DNA from: an uncultured Gammaproteobacteria bacterium
GTDB taxonomy: Bacteria > Pseudomonadota > Gammaproteobacteria > JAKDMP01
Reading direction: 5' to 3'
Assembly (NCBI GenBank): GCA_963843735.1
Contig: CAWJLN010000009.1
Location: 232,182-296,181 of the forward strand
DNA length: 64,000 bases
Part shown: piece after piece, positions 27,514 through 37,935 of the stretch
Layout: each line of letters starts with the position of its first letter
Position numbering within the stretch: the first letter of the stretch is position 1
Notes under the pieces: model-generated
Told to the model about the DNA's origin: nothing
The model's database searches: none
Seen by the model: the letters and a program-made list of their open reading frames with translations, nothing else
Made by a program: the position numbers and the translations under genes

Positions 27514-28290
27514 ATGACCGAACCCATGCTCCGTTCGTCGAATCGTTATCGTGTCGAGGTCGCCGGCAACGAAGGCATCCTTGCCGCCCAACGGCTGCGC
27601 TACCGTATCTTCGCCGAGGAACTCGGCGCAAATCTATCAGATGCGGGATCGGGTCTCGACCGCGACGACTACGATCCCTTTTGTCGGCACCTTATCGTCC
27701 GCGATCTCGCCAGCGGCGATGTTGTCGCTTCCACGCGGCTGCTTACCGACGATGCGGCAACCGCAGCGGGCGGATACTATTCGCAAGGCGAGTTCGAACT
27801 CGGGACCGTGCTCGCGAACCGTGGCCGCTTCGTGGAAGTCGGACGCACCTGCGTTGACGCGCGTTATCGCAACGGCGCCGTCATCGCCACCTTGTGGCAG
27901 GGCATCGGCCAGATAGTCAACACCCATCGCATTGACTATCTGTTCGGCTGCGCGAGCGTGCCGCTGGCGCCCAATCCGCTTTATGCGCATGCCGTGCTGC
28001 GTCGCCTGCTAGCACGCCACCATGCCGCGGACGAATGCCGGGTGTCGCCCCACCGCCCATTGCCGCCCGCACCGCAACTCCCCGCGGAAATCGCGCCGCG
28101 CATGCCGCCGCTGTTGCGCGCTTACGTGAGCCTCGGCGCCAAGGCCTGCGGGGAGGCCTGCTGGGATCCGGCGTTCAACGTCGCCGATGTATTCATGCTG
28201 CTCAATCTGCGCGAACTCGATGCCGGTTACGGCCGTCACTTTGTGAACGCACCGCCCGCCTCCGCGAATCGGGAAAGAGCCTTTGCGTAA
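27514..28290 (+). CDS. olsB: GNAT-type N-acyltransferase, ornithine-lipid synthase OlsB-like
   Basis: YRVEVAGNEGILAAQRLRYRIFAEELGA...DRDDYDPFCRHLIVRD...FVEVGRTCVDARYR...LFGCASVP pattern of OlsB/hemolysin-like acyltransferases; alt. GTG start 27490. Confidence 0.75.
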   Translation: MTEPMLRSSNRYRVEVAGNEGILAAQRLRYRIFAEELGANLSDAGSGLDRDDYDPFCRHLIVRDLASGDVVASTRLLTDDAATAAGGYYSQGEFELGTVLANRGRFVEVGRTCVDARYRNGAVIATLWQGIGQIVNTHRIDYLFGCASVPLAPNPLYAHAVLRRLLARHHAADECRVSPHRPLPPAPQLPAEIAPRMPPLLRAYVSLGAKACGEACWDPAFNVADVFMLLNLRELDAGYGRHFVNAPPASANRERAFA

Positions 28291-29062
28291 ACTCGGTCTT
28301 CTTGCACTCTTCGCCGCCGGCGCGATACTCGCGCCGCTCATAGCCCGGCGACGCGCGCGCGGCGGCGGACAGCGCATCGTCCGCTGGTGGATGCGCCGCG
28401 CGACGCAGGTACTCGGCCTCGAGATCGTGGTTCACGGCGCGCCCGTTTCGCAGCCCGCTCTCTGGTGCGCCAACCACATCTCCTGGCTCGACGTGATCGT
28501 CCTCGGTTCGCTCGGCGACGTTACCTTCGTATCCAAGGCCGAAGTGCGGAAATGGCCGCTCATCGGCTGGTGCGCAGCCGCGGCGGGCACTTTGTTTCTC
28601 AAACGGGGTTCGGGCTCGACGCTCGCGGATTCGATAGCGGAGCGGCTGCGCAACAAACAGACCATCGCCATCTTTCCCGAAGGCACTACCAGCCGCGGCA
28701 TGCACATCAGCGGCTTTCATTCGCGACTGTTCGGCGCGGCGATCTCAGCCGGCGCCGTCGTGCAACCGCTGGCCCTGCGCTTCAGCGAAGCGGGACATCC
28801 AAGCGAGACGGCTCCCTTCGTGGGAGAAGATGCGTTCGTGCCCCATCTGCTCAAAGTGCTGGCAGCAGGCGGACTGCGCGTTGATGTCGGCTTCTGCGTT
28901 CCCATAGCGCCCGGCACTTACGACCGGCGCGGCCTCATGCGCGCCGCGGAACGCGCCGTTGCTTGCGCCATACCCACATTCCCGCCGCTGAAGACAAATC
29001 CCTTGCACGCGACGCGTTCCCCTGCCGGAACCCGGGTATTACCAACACATAGCTCAGCTTGA
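28283..29062 (+). CDS. olsA: lysophospholipid (lyso-ornithine lipid) acyltransferase, PlsC family
   Basis: HX4D motif NHISWLD and FPEGTTSRG block; overlaps olsB stop; TTG start. Confidence 0.75.
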   Translation: MRKLGLLALFAAGAILAPLIARRRARGGGQRIVRWWMRRATQVLGLEIVVHGAPVSQPALWCANHISWLDVIVLGSLGDVTFVSKAEVRKWPLIGWCAAAAGTLFLKRGSGSTLADSIAERLRNKQTIAIFPEGTTSRGMHISGFHSRLFGAAISAGAVVQPLALRFSEAGHPSETAPFVGEDAFVPHLLKVLAAGGLRVDVGFCVPIAPGTYDRRGLMRAAERAVACAIPTFPPLKTNPLHATRSPAGTRVLPTHSSA

Positions 29063-29127
29063 TTCATTTCAACGCCCGCGTGCCGGCGCTGGCCAGTCCG
29101 GACGGCGTATCGATTGCGGGAGTTTTC

Positions 29128-30633
29128 TTACACGAAGCGAAGCTTGAAGTTGGCGGCCTTCAGTGTTTCCGCCTCTTCGGCCAGATCCGCTTCAGTCAGC
29201 GGATGATCGGTCAACCATCCCGACGGAAAGCGAAGAGTCAACGCGGATGTGTCGCCGTCGGCATGCAGGACGGGTATCGCCGCGTCGCGGCGGCCGCGAT
29301 GCAGCAATACGGAAAGCCGCAACGCGATGGCAAGAGGGCGAACCGTCTGCGCAAGTCGCGGCGGCAAGCTCGCGAATTCCCGTGTCTGAAAGCGGCCGCG
29401 GTGCGTGCGTATCAGCACTGCCAGCAAATCCTGTTCCGCCTTTGAAAATCCCATCAGATCAGCGTTCTCCACAAGGTAGGCGCCATGTCTGTGATGCCCG
29501 GAATGCGAAATGGCCAGACCCGTCTCGTGCAGCAGCGCCGCCCACTCCAGATAAACCGCTGCCGAGTCTGCGTCCGGCACGGAATGACTTTGCATGCGTC
29601 CAAACAGCCATTTCGCGGTAACAGCAACTCGCTCGGCCTGGACGAAATCCACGGCGAAACGCGTCGCCATGGCACGCACACTGCGGGTACGGATGTCGCG
29701 GTGACCGCGGCGCTCGACGAAGTCCAGCAGCAACCCCTCACGCAGCGCAGCATCGGAAACTTCCATGGCGTCTATGCCGAGGACTTCGAACAAGGCGGTA
29801 AGAATGGCGACGCCGCCCGGAAACACGCCGCGGCGTCGCACGCTCAAGCCTTCGAGCTTCAGCTTCGAGGTGCTCTTGGCGGCACGCAGTACGCCCCCGA
29901 GCCGCCGTAAGCCATCGCGCGTAATTGTGTAGTCGGCCCAATGTTGTGCGGCAATGACCTTCTGGATGGCACGCACCGTGCCCGAGGAGCCGATGGCCTG
30001 CTGCCAGCCTCGATGCTGAAAGTCTTCGGCGTAGGGCTGCACTTCCAGCTCCGCATGAACGACGGCGGCACGCCATGCGCTTTCGGTAATACGCCCCCGG
30101 GGAAAGAAATGTTCGGTCAGCATCACGCAGCCCAAGGGCAGACTTTCCATTAAACAAGGCTCCGCGAGACGGCCGACGACAATCTCCGTGCTTCCGCCGC
30201 CGATGTCGGCAACGAAGCGCGCGGATTTTATCGGCGAGAGCCCGTGCACGACGCCGGCATAGATCAGGCGCGCCTCCTCGGCCCCCGATATGACTTCGAT
30301 GGGATGGCCCAGCGCGTCTTCGGCCTCGCGCATGAATTCCCCGGCGTTGGCAGCCTGACGCAGGGTGTTGGTGCCCACGGCCCGCACCTGGCTGCCGGAC
30401 AGGCCGCGCAGACGCTGGCCGAATCTGGCGAGAGATTTCAAGGCGCGTTCGCGTGCGCCCTTGTGAATCGCGCCGTCCGCGTCCAGTCCGGCCGCGAGCT
30501 TGACCGGATCGCGCAGCCTGTCAATAACGCGGAAATTCGTTTCGCGGGCACGGGCGACCAGCATGTGGAAACTGTGCGAGCCCAGATCGACCGCGGCGAC
30601 GACCTGATCTGCATTTGCAGATACCGATTTCAT
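29128..30633 (-). CDS. ppx: exopolyphosphatase / pppGpp phosphohydrolase (Ppx/GppA family)
   Basis: 501 aa; VAAVDLGSHSFHMLVAR, DIGGGSTE, C-terminal HD-like region. Confidence 0.9.
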   Translation of the reverse strand: MKSVSANADQVVAAVDLGSHSFHMLVARARETNFRVIDRLRDPVKLAAGLDADGAIHKGARERALKSLARFGQRLRGLSGSQVRAVGTNTLRQAANAGEFMREAEDALGHPIEVISGAEEARLIYAGVVHGLSPIKSARFVADIGGGSTEIVVGRLAEPCLMESLPLGCVMLTEHFFPRGRITESAWRAAVVHAELEVQPYAEDFQHRGWQQAIGSSGTVRAIQKVIAAQHWADYTITRDGLRRLGGVLRAAKSTSKLKLEGLSVRRRGVFPGGVAILTALFEVLGIDAMEVSDAALREGLLLDFVERRGHRDIRTRSVRAMATRFAVDFVQAERVAVTAKWLFGRMQSHSVPDADSAAVYLEWAALLHETGLAISHSGHHRHGAYLVENADLMGFSKAEQDLLAVLIRTHRGRFQTREFASLPPRLAQTVRPLAIALRLSVLLHRGRRDAAIPVLHADGDTSALTLRFPSGWLTDHPLTEADLAEEAETLKAANFKLRFV

Positions 30634-30989
30634 TCCGCCATGATAAATCTTAAGTATGAAATCTTTCTGACTCGATCACTTCCGGGAAATAAAATGACCC
30701 GCCGACATCGCATCGGCAGGCCTTCGCAAGAACTGCGGAGCGCGGCTGGGGAAACATGCTGCCGCCAATCATCGGGAAATCTTGCGGAGCGCTGATCGCC
30801 CGGTTGTTGGAATCCTTGACCCAGTCCACAAAATGGACGGTGCCACTATAGAGAAGCTGTGTGTCGGGTACGTTACTGCGGCGTGACGCGCGCTTTACAG
30901 CGCTCGGCCGCAGAATCCGACAACTGTAATCCGCACATTTCACATCACCGAGATGCTATCTTGAGTACGGCTTCAGCGGTAGACTTTGT

Positions 30990-31709
30990 ATGGCCCGGAA
31001 AACACCCATTACCGCCGTGCTCGGCGTCGGTCCCGGGCTCGGCGCCGCGCTTGCCGAACGCTTTGCGGCCGGCGGGCATGCCGTTGCACTGCTGTCGCGC
31101 TCGGCGCGGAGCCGCAGCGAAGCGGTAAAGAAGATTGCCACAGCCGGCGCCACCGCATTCGGCTACGACTGCGACGCCGGTGATCCGGCCTCCGTCACCG
31201 CCGCATTCGCCCGCATCCGCGATACGCTCGGCGACCCTTCGGTGCTCATCTACAACGCGGGCAGCTACGCGCCGGGCGGCATTCTCGACATCGAACCCGA
31301 ACGCTTTGAAGCGGCCTGGCGGGCAAACTGCTACGGCGGCTTTCTCGCCGCGCGCGAAGTCCTGCCCGCGATGCTCGAAGCGGGCGCGGGCACGATCCTC
31401 TACACCGGCGCGACGGCGGCACTGCGCGGCGGCGCCGGTTTCGCGGGGCTTGCGGTGGGCAAGTTCGGCCTGCGCGCACTCGCGCAAAGCCTCGCGCGCG
31501 AGTTCGGACCCAGGGGCATCCACGTCGCCCACGTCATCATAGATGGACAGATCGGCACGCCGACGGCGCACGAACGCCAACCCGAGCGCGCCGAGGAAAC
31601 CTTTCTCGCACCCGCGGACATCGCGGAAAACTACTGGCAACTTTACCGGCAGCCGCCGAGCACCTGGACGCAGGAACTGGACCTTCGCCCCCACGGCGAA
31701 AAGTTTTGA
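30990..31709 (+). CDS. SDR family oxidoreductase
   Basis: 239 aa; AVLGVGPGLGAALAERFAAGGHAVALLSRS Rossmann start. Confidence 0.85.
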   Translation: MARKTPITAVLGVGPGLGAALAERFAAGGHAVALLSRSARSRSEAVKKIATAGATAFGYDCDAGDPASVTAAFARIRDTLGDPSVLIYNAGSYAPGGILDIEPERFEAAWRANCYGGFLAAREVLPAMLEAGAGTILYTGATAALRGGAGFAGLAVGKFGLRALAQSLAREFGPRGIHVAHVIIDGQIGTPTAHERQPERAEETFLAPADIAENYWQLYRQPPSTWTQELDLRPHGEKF

Positions 31710-33283
31710 ACGCCTTCACCGCGCGGCCGACGCGCCGCGCCGTGTACGCACCGAACGGCATCGCCGCCACCTCGCAACCGCTCGCCGCCGCCGCGGGCGC
31801 GTTTGTGTTGCGCGAGGGCGGCACGGCGGTGGATGCGGCGATTGCGATGGCCGCCGTCTTGACCGTGGTCGAGCCGACCAGCAACGGCATCGGCTCCGAC
31901 GTCATGGCCATTGTCGGCTCGGGCCAGGAAATCGAGGGCTTCATCGGTGCTGGCCGCACACCCGCATTGTTCGATCCCGAGGTCTTTCTTGCCGAAGCGG
32001 GCGCACGCGGCTGGCATCCGGTGACGGTGCCCGGCGCGCCGCGGGCCTGGATTGCGCTGTCGGAACGCTACGGACGCCTGCCTTTCGCACGACTGCTTGC
32101 GCCGGCGATCGAATACGCACGCAAGGGCTTTGCGCTCTCGCCCGTCGTCGCCGAACAATGGCGGCGCGCGGCGGAGATTGCGCGCACGCTCGACGGTCCG
32201 GAATTCGCGGGATTCGCGCCGACCTTTCTGCCCGAGGGTTTTGCGCCCGCCGCGGGAACGCACTTTGCCAATCCCGATCTCGCCGACACACTCGAACGGG
32301 TGGCGGCATCGAAGGCCGAGGATTTCTACTGCGGCGCACTCGCCGAACGCATGGCGCGGTTCAGCAAAGAAACGGGCGGCTGGCTGCGCGCGGAAGACCT
32401 CGCCGCGCACGAGGGCGAGTGGGTGCAACCGTGCGCCGTCAACTATCGCGGTCGGCGCGTGTACGAACTGCCGCCGCCGACGCAGGGCGCCGTCGCGCTC
32501 ATCGCCTTGGGAATACTCGATGCACTGGACATCGCGAACACGCCGGAAGAATCCGAACATCGCGCCATCGAGGCGGTAAAACTGGCCTTGCAGGAATCGC
32601 TGCCCATGATCGCGGACGGTCCCGAAGCCCGCGATTGGCTCCACTCGGCGCTCGACAAAGCGGCGCTTGCCGGGAAAGCCGGGACGATCGGCGCAAGCGC
32701 TGCGTCCGGTCCGACCGATGCCCGGCTCGACGCGGGTACCGTGTATCTCGCCGCCGCCGATCGCGACGGCATGATGGCGAGCTTCATCCAGTCGAACTTC
32801 ATGGACTTCGGCAGCTACATCGTCATCCCCGGCACCGGCATCTCGCTTGCGAACCGCGGCTGGTGTTTCAGTCGCGAGGCGAATCACCCCAACGCGCCGC
32901 GACCGGGCCACCGCCCGTACAACACCATCATCCCGGGATTTCTCGCCGATGAAGACGGCGACGCGCTCGGACCCTTCGGCGTCATGGGCGGCTACATGCA
33001 GCCGCAAGGGCAGGTGCAAGTGCTTACGCGGCTGCTCGACGCGGGACTCGATCCGCAGGCTGCGCTCGACACGCCGCGATGGCGTTTCTTCGGCGGTCGC
33101 AAGATCGCCTGCGAGACGGAATTCGATCCGGATCTGCGTGCGGCCCTCGCGCGGCGCGGCCACGAAATCAGCGTGCAGAAAATTCATCCCCCCTTCGGTC
33201 GCGGACAGATGATCCTGCGCCACGGCAACGGCTATGTCGCGGGTTCGGACAACCGCGGCGACGGCTGTGCGTTAGGGTATTGA
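31706..33283 (+). CDS. ggt: gamma-glutamyltransferase family protein
   Basis: 525 aa; TSQPLAAAAGAFVLREGGTAVDAAIA and autoprocessing region AGTVYLAAADRDGMMASFIQSNF; TTG start overlapping SDR stop. Confidence 0.85.
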   Translation: MNAFTARPTRRAVYAPNGIAATSQPLAAAAGAFVLREGGTAVDAAIAMAAVLTVVEPTSNGIGSDVMAIVGSGQEIEGFIGAGRTPALFDPEVFLAEAGARGWHPVTVPGAPRAWIALSERYGRLPFARLLAPAIEYARKGFALSPVVAEQWRRAAEIARTLDGPEFAGFAPTFLPEGFAPAAGTHFANPDLADTLERVAASKAEDFYCGALAERMARFSKETGGWLRAEDLAAHEGEWVQPCAVNYRGRRVYELPPPTQGAVALIALGILDALDIANTPEESEHRAIEAVKLALQESLPMIADGPEARDWLHSALDKAALAGKAGTIGASAASGPTDARLDAGTVYLAAADRDGMMASFIQSNFMDFGSYIVIPGTGISLANRGWCFSREANHPNAPRPGHRPYNTIIPGFLADEDGDALGPFGVMGGYMQPQGQVQVLTRLLDAGLDPQAALDTPRWRFFGGRKIACETEFDPDLRAALARRGHEISVQKIHPPFGRGQMILRHGNGYVAGSDNRGDGCALGY

Positions 33284-33284
33284 G

Positions 33285-33482
33285 ATGAAGCTCCTGCGTG
33301 CATTGCTAGGCCTCGCGCCCTTCATCGGCATTCTTGGCGGCGTGTTCTTCGTGAACCGCGTCGAGCCCGCGGTGCTCGGGCTGCCGTTCCTCTTTTTCTG
33401 GATCATCGCCTGGACGGTCGGTACTGCACTGATCATGGCGCTGGTCTATCTTCTCGATCCGAAAAACCGGGCGAAGGGCTGA
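33285..33482 (+). CDS. DUF3311 small membrane protein (SSS accessory type)
   Basis: 65 aa, two TM; immediately precedes and overlaps (1 nt) an SSS transporter, the usual DUF3311 context. Confidence 0.6.
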   Translation: MKLLRALLGLAPFIGILGGVFFVNRVEPAVLGLPFLFFWIIAWTVGTALIMALVYLLDPKNRAKG

Positions 33483-34936
33483 TGGCGCTCGCACTGATCG
33501 CGCTTATCTTCGCCTTCGCGGTGGCGCTCGGGCTCGCCGCGCGGCGTGGCCGGCAGATGGATCTTGCGCAATGGACGATCGGGCGGCGCGGCTTCGGCGT
33601 CGTGATCGTCTTCCTGCTTATGGCGGGCGAAATCTACACCACTTTCACCTTTCTCGGCGCGAGCGGCTACGCTTATGGCCGCGGCGCACCGGCGTTCTAC
33701 ATTCTCGCCTACGGCGCGCTCGCCTACGCGCTCGGCTACTGGTTCGCGCCAACGATCTGGCGCTATGCAAAGACACACAATCTCATCACCCAGGCGGACT
33801 TTTTCGCCCACCGTTTCGGGAGCCGCGAACTCGGCATCGCGGTGGGTCTGATCGGCGTGCTCGCGATGCTGCCCTATCTGGCGCTGCAACTCGACGGCCT
33901 CGGGCTCATCGTCGAGGTCGCCTCGGGCGGCGCGATCCGTTCCACCGCGGCAATCGCGATCGGTACCGCCGGACTCGTCGTGTACGTCATTACCTCGGGC
34001 ATTCACGCCTCGGCATGGACGGCGGTCGTGAAGGACATTCTCGTACTCGGCATCGCGATCTTCCTTGGCATCTATCTGCCCTGGCACGCCTACGGCGGGA
34101 TCGGCCCGATGTTCCACAGCCTCAGCGAAACGCATCCGGCGCTCTTCACACTACGCGCACCGCAAGGTGTGGTGTGGTTCATCTCGACGGCGCTCGTCTC
34201 CGTACTCGGCTTCTGGATGTGGCCGCATGCCTTCGCGTACATCTTCTCCGCGCGCGAGGAAAGAAGCTTCCGCAAGAACGCCATGGTACTCCCGCTCTAC
34301 CAGCTCGTGCTGCTGTTCATCTTTTTCGTCGGCTTTGCCGCCATCGGCATCGTGCCGCATCTCGCCCGCGCGGACCTCGCGCTGCTCGCGGCGACTGCGG
34401 CGACATTGCCGACCTGGGTGCTCGGGCTCGTCGGCGGCGCCGGCGTACTCGCCGCGCTGGTGCCGGGTTCGCTGCTGATCACCGTGACCGCGGCGATACT
34501 CGCGAAAAACGGACTTGCACTCGCGCCCCGTTTCGCCGGAGAGAAGCGCATCATGCTTTCGGCCCGCCTGCTGGTCGCTCCGATCGCGATTGCCGCCGCC
34601 GCATTCGCCATCTTCGGTTCGACCGGCATCGTCGGCCTGCTGCTGCTCGGCTACAGCTACATCACCCAGCTTTTCCCGGCGCTCGCGCTTTCCTTCGTCG
34701 CCCGCCGCTTCGTCACCACGGCCGGCGCCTTTGCGGGATTGATCGCAGGCGTTGTTTTCGTCACCGTGCTCACGCTCACGCACCAGCACGTCGTCTCGCT
34801 GCTGCCCTTCCTTCCGCAATCACTCGCCGGACTCAACGACGGCATCGCGGCGCTCATCGTCAACGTCACTGTTCTTGTCGTCGTGAGTATCGCCACCGGC
34901 GGTTTGAAACGAACGGCCATCGAAAAGTCGGCATGA
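33482..34936 (+). CDS. sodium:solute symporter (SSS) family transporter
   Basis: 484-aa polytopic ORF; GRRGFGVVIVFLLMAGEIYTTFTFLGASG. Confidence 0.85.
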   Translation: MALALIALIFAFAVALGLAARRGRQMDLAQWTIGRRGFGVVIVFLLMAGEIYTTFTFLGASGYAYGRGAPAFYILAYGALAYALGYWFAPTIWRYAKTHNLITQADFFAHRFGSRELGIAVGLIGVLAMLPYLALQLDGLGLIVEVASGGAIRSTAAIAIGTAGLVVYVITSGIHASAWTAVVKDILVLGIAIFLGIYLPWHAYGGIGPMFHSLSETHPALFTLRAPQGVVWFISTALVSVLGFWMWPHAFAYIFSAREERSFRKNAMVLPLYQLVLLFIFFVGFAAIGIVPHLARADLALLAATAATLPTWVLGLVGGAGVLAALVPGSLLITVTAAILAKNGLALAPRFAGEKRIMLSARLLVAPIAIAAAAFAIFGSTGIVGLLLLGYSYITQLFPALALSFVARRFVTTAGAFAGLIAGVVFVTVLTLTHQHVVSLLPFLPQSLAGLNDGIAALIVNVTVLVVVSIATGGLKRTAIEKSA

Positions 34937-35676
34937 AGACGGCGCTCGCCATCCGCCATGTAGCCTTCGAGGATCTGGGTTCGTTTGCGTCCGTACTCGA
35001 AGAGCACGGTTACGTCGTGCAATACCGCGATGCGGGGGTGGACGATCTCGATGCGCTCGATCCGCTCGCGCCCGACCTGCTTGTCGTGCTCGGCGGTTCG
35101 ATCGGCGTTACACAGATTCGCGAGTATCCGTATCTCGCGACCGAAATCGAACTGACGCGTCGCCGGATCGAGGCCGGGCGCCCGACGCTCGGCATCTGCC
35201 TCGGCGCCCAGATCATGGCGCGTGCTCTGGACGCGCGCGTGTATCAGGCCGAAAAGATGGAACTCGGTTGGGCGCCGCTCGCACTCACGCAGGCGGGTGT
35301 GGACTCGCCGCTGATGCATCTCGCGGATGTCCCCACGCTGCACTGGCACGGCGACGCCTTTGAACTGCCGAAGGGCGCGATCCGCCTCGCCGCCTCGCCC
35401 GATTGTGCGAACCAGGCATTCACATACGGCAACGCCGCGCTCGCGCTGCAATTCCATCCCGAAGTGAGCTGGCCCGGATTTGAGCGCTGGCTGATCGCGG
35501 GTGTACGCGCACTCACCGCAAAGGGCTTCGACATTCCGCTATTGCGCGAAGAGTCGGCACGTTGCTGCGCCGAGCTTGCGCCGGCCGCCGCACGTATGCT
35601 TGCCGCATGGCTGGAGCGGTGTGACAAGGACGGCGCCGGGGTTGAAGAACGCATCTTGCCGGCTATGCAGAAATAA
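34933..35676 (+). CDS. class I glutamine amidotransferase-like protein
   Basis: ATG 34933 (ATGA overlap); MKTALAIRHVAFEDLG...GICLGAQIMARAL...HWHGDAF; only the last 247 codons of track ORF 33571-35676 are real. Confidence 0.8.
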   Translation: MKTALAIRHVAFEDLGSFASVLEEHGYVVQYRDAGVDDLDALDPLAPDLLVVLGGSIGVTQIREYPYLATEIELTRRRIEAGRPTLGICLGAQIMARALDARVYQAEKMELGWAPLALTQAGVDSPLMHLADVPTLHWHGDAFELPKGAIRLAASPDCANQAFTYGNAALALQFHPEVSWPGFERWLIAGVRALTAKGFDIPLLREESARCCAELAPAAARMLAAWLERCDKDGAGVEERILPAMQK

Positions 35677-35688
35677 GGAACCGCGCGC

Positions 35689-37845
35689 TTACCAGGTGAG
35701 CCCTGCGCTGAGCTGAATGGAGCGCGCCGGCATGACGTAGAACGAGTCCGGGCCCAGTTCGCTTTCGGCGACGGCGGGACGGCGGTTCGTGAGGTTGGTG
35801 CCATCGAGGCGCACCGTCCAGTGGCCGAAGCGGTAGCCGAACCCGGCGTTGATCGTGCCGTAACCGGGCGCCCGAATCTGATTGTCCATATCGTAGTAGC
35901 GCCTGCCGACGATTTCGAAGTCGGCATGGACAAGCCAACCCTGATCCGGCATGCGGCTGATGCCGGCCTTGAACAGTTGATGCGGAGACATCACGATCTG
36001 GTTGCCGGCAAGCTGGACGTTCTGGCCGCCCTCGTTGACGACGAAGTTCGTGTACTGCGCGTCGTGGTAGGCATACGTCACGGTCCAGCGCCAATCCGAA
36101 GCGATCGGACCGTTGAGGTCTCCTTCGATGCCGCGCAGCCGCTGCTGGCCACCGTTCTGCGTTCCCGGCAGCCCGCCTTCCGATGCCGGGATGACGACGT
36201 TGGAGAAGTTGACCCAGAAGAGGTACACGTTCCAATCCAGGCCGGACGTATAGCCCTTGATTCCGGCCTGATAGGACTGGGCCGTTTCGGGCTTGAGGAT
36301 GTTGCCTTCGGCTTCGGGACCGAAATCCACGGCCGCAGGCTTGAAGGTGTTGCCGTAGCTGGCGTACGCGACGCCGCGGCCCGAAGCGCCCTCCCACAGC
36401 GTGCGGCTCAGTGCGAGTGCACCGCTGAAGCGGGTATTCGTCTGACTCATCGAACTGAACTGCGGCTGTTCGCCGCTGTCCGGCGACGGCCATAGCGCGG
36501 CGTCCCGGGTCTCGCGCGTATGGTTCAGGCGCAGTCCGACCACGAGGTCCCACCGCGGGGCGAACGTCCAGTCGGCTTCCGAATACGCCCCGAAGAATGA
36601 GCGGCGATCAGTGAGCTGCGTCTGTTCGTCCACGTGCAGCGTGTTGCTGTTGGGCGGATTGGCGCCGTTGGGATTGATGTAGTACTCGTAGTTGTCGCTG
36701 TTTTGCTGGCCCCAGCCGTAGAGGTAATTGAAGCCGGCGACCAGCTTCAGGTTGTCGGCCAGCGGGTAGGCATAGTGGGTGTCGAAATAGAGGTTGTTGC
36801 TGCTGACGCTCTGGTTGAAACCGTCGGCGTTGGGGGTACCGCCGGTCATGAAGTCGGCGGCGCGCAGGAAACCGCGGACGTTGCGCTGATGCTGGAACGT
36901 AGTAGTCAACGTCGTCGTCCACGTCCCTTCGCCGAGTGCGACGTCGTAACCGGTCGCAATGTAATAGCGCTCGGTGTTCATTTCGGCGTTGCTGGGATTA
37001 TGGTTCGAATCTATCGGCACGGCCGGGCTGAGTCCGTTGGCGGCATCCGAGAGCGGTATCGGACTTTGCGGCTTCTGCTGGAGTTGCAGCACATCGAAAT
37101 CGAAGTGAAAAGTGCCCGCTCCGGCGTCAACGGCGCCGCGGTACAGCAGGTGCTCGCGATCGTAGCCCGCGCGATAATCGCGCATGCCCAGCCACGTACC
37201 GTCGACGGCAAGCGATTGACGCAGCGGACCGGCGCTCGGAAGCGGGGTCGAGAAGGAAAAATTGCCGCTGTCCCAACTGCCGACGCTTGCGCTCAGATCG
37301 TGCGTCGGGTCGCCGGCCGGCCGATGGATGATGTTGATGATTCCGACGAAGGCGGTGGCTCCGTATTTCACGGGCGCGGCGCCGCGAATTACCTCGATGC
37401 GCGCCACGTCGTTGAGGTCGATGCTCGGGAGGTCCGGGTTGAAGGCGCCGCCCCACGGCACGCCGTCCACCAGAAGCAGGAAGGCGTCGAACTCCTGCAG
37501 TCCCTGGAATTGCGGAACCGAACTTGCCGGGCCGCCGTCGCCGCCGGGTGCGATGTACACGCCGCCGACAAGCGCCAGCGCGCTGCGCAGGTCTGTCGCC
37601 CCTAGCCGCATGAGATCGTCGTGGGTGACGATGTTGATACTCCGGGGAACCGTCGCGATCGCTTCGGGCATCGGAGTTGCCGTAACCACGATGTTCCCGA
37701 GGTAAACGGAGGCGGTGGCGGAAGCGGGCGCATTTTCCGCGGCGGGTGCGGCGACCGCGGGCGTTGCAAATGGAGGGGCCAGGGCACAGACCGTGGACGC
37801 CACCAGGACGACGAGCGCGGCGCGCGTGGATGTGGAATGAAACAT
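35689..37845 (-). CDS. TonB-dependent outer-membrane receptor
   Basis: 718 aa; signal peptide, plug (IVVTATPM...VTHDDL), beta-barrel ending ...QLSAGLTW. Confidence 0.9.
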   Translation of the reverse strand: MFHSTSTRAALVVLVASTVCALAPPFATPAVAAPAAENAPASATASVYLGNIVVTATPMPEAIATVPRSINIVTHDDLMRLGATDLRSALALVGGVYIAPGGDGGPASSVPQFQGLQEFDAFLLLVDGVPWGGAFNPDLPSIDLNDVARIEVIRGAAPVKYGATAFVGIINIIHRPAGDPTHDLSASVGSWDSGNFSFSTPLPSAGPLRQSLAVDGTWLGMRDYRAGYDREHLLYRGAVDAGAGTFHFDFDVLQLQQKPQSPIPLSDAANGLSPAVPIDSNHNPSNAEMNTERYYIATGYDVALGEGTWTTTLTTTFQHQRNVRGFLRAADFMTGGTPNADGFNQSVSSNNLYFDTHYAYPLADNLKLVAGFNYLYGWGQQNSDNYEYYINPNGANPPNSNTLHVDEQTQLTDRRSFFGAYSEADWTFAPRWDLVVGLRLNHTRETRDAALWPSPDSGEQPQFSSMSQTNTRFSGALALSRTLWEGASGRGVAYASYGNTFKPAAVDFGPEAEGNILKPETAQSYQAGIKGYTSGLDWNVYLFWVNFSNVVIPASEGGLPGTQNGGQQRLRGIEGDLNGPIASDWRWTVTYAYHDAQYTNFVVNEGGQNVQLAGNQIVMSPHQLFKAGISRMPDQGWLVHADFEIVGRRYYDMDNQIRAPGYGTINAGFGYRFGHWTVRLDGTNLTNRRPAVAESELGPDSFYVMPARSIQLSAGLTW

Positions 37846-37935
37846 GGTTGGCGTTCTCCCTCTATTGCCGGTTGATCGGAAAGTTGATCGAGTAACAGGT
37901 GGCGCGCACGCTAGCAGAATTTTTCAAAGATTACA

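Noticed and set aside
30650-30943. 97-aa minus-strand ORF in the ppx/SDR intergenic region
   Set aside because: It has no SD, odd composition and no motifs. The 356-bp region is more likely promoter/leader DNA, and I could not support an sRNA either.
33571-34932. N-terminal 454 codons of the 701-aa track ORF 33571-35676
   Set aside because: This stretch overlaps the SSS transporter in another frame with Arg-rich nonsense. Only the segment from ATG 34933 (the GATase-like protein) is credible.
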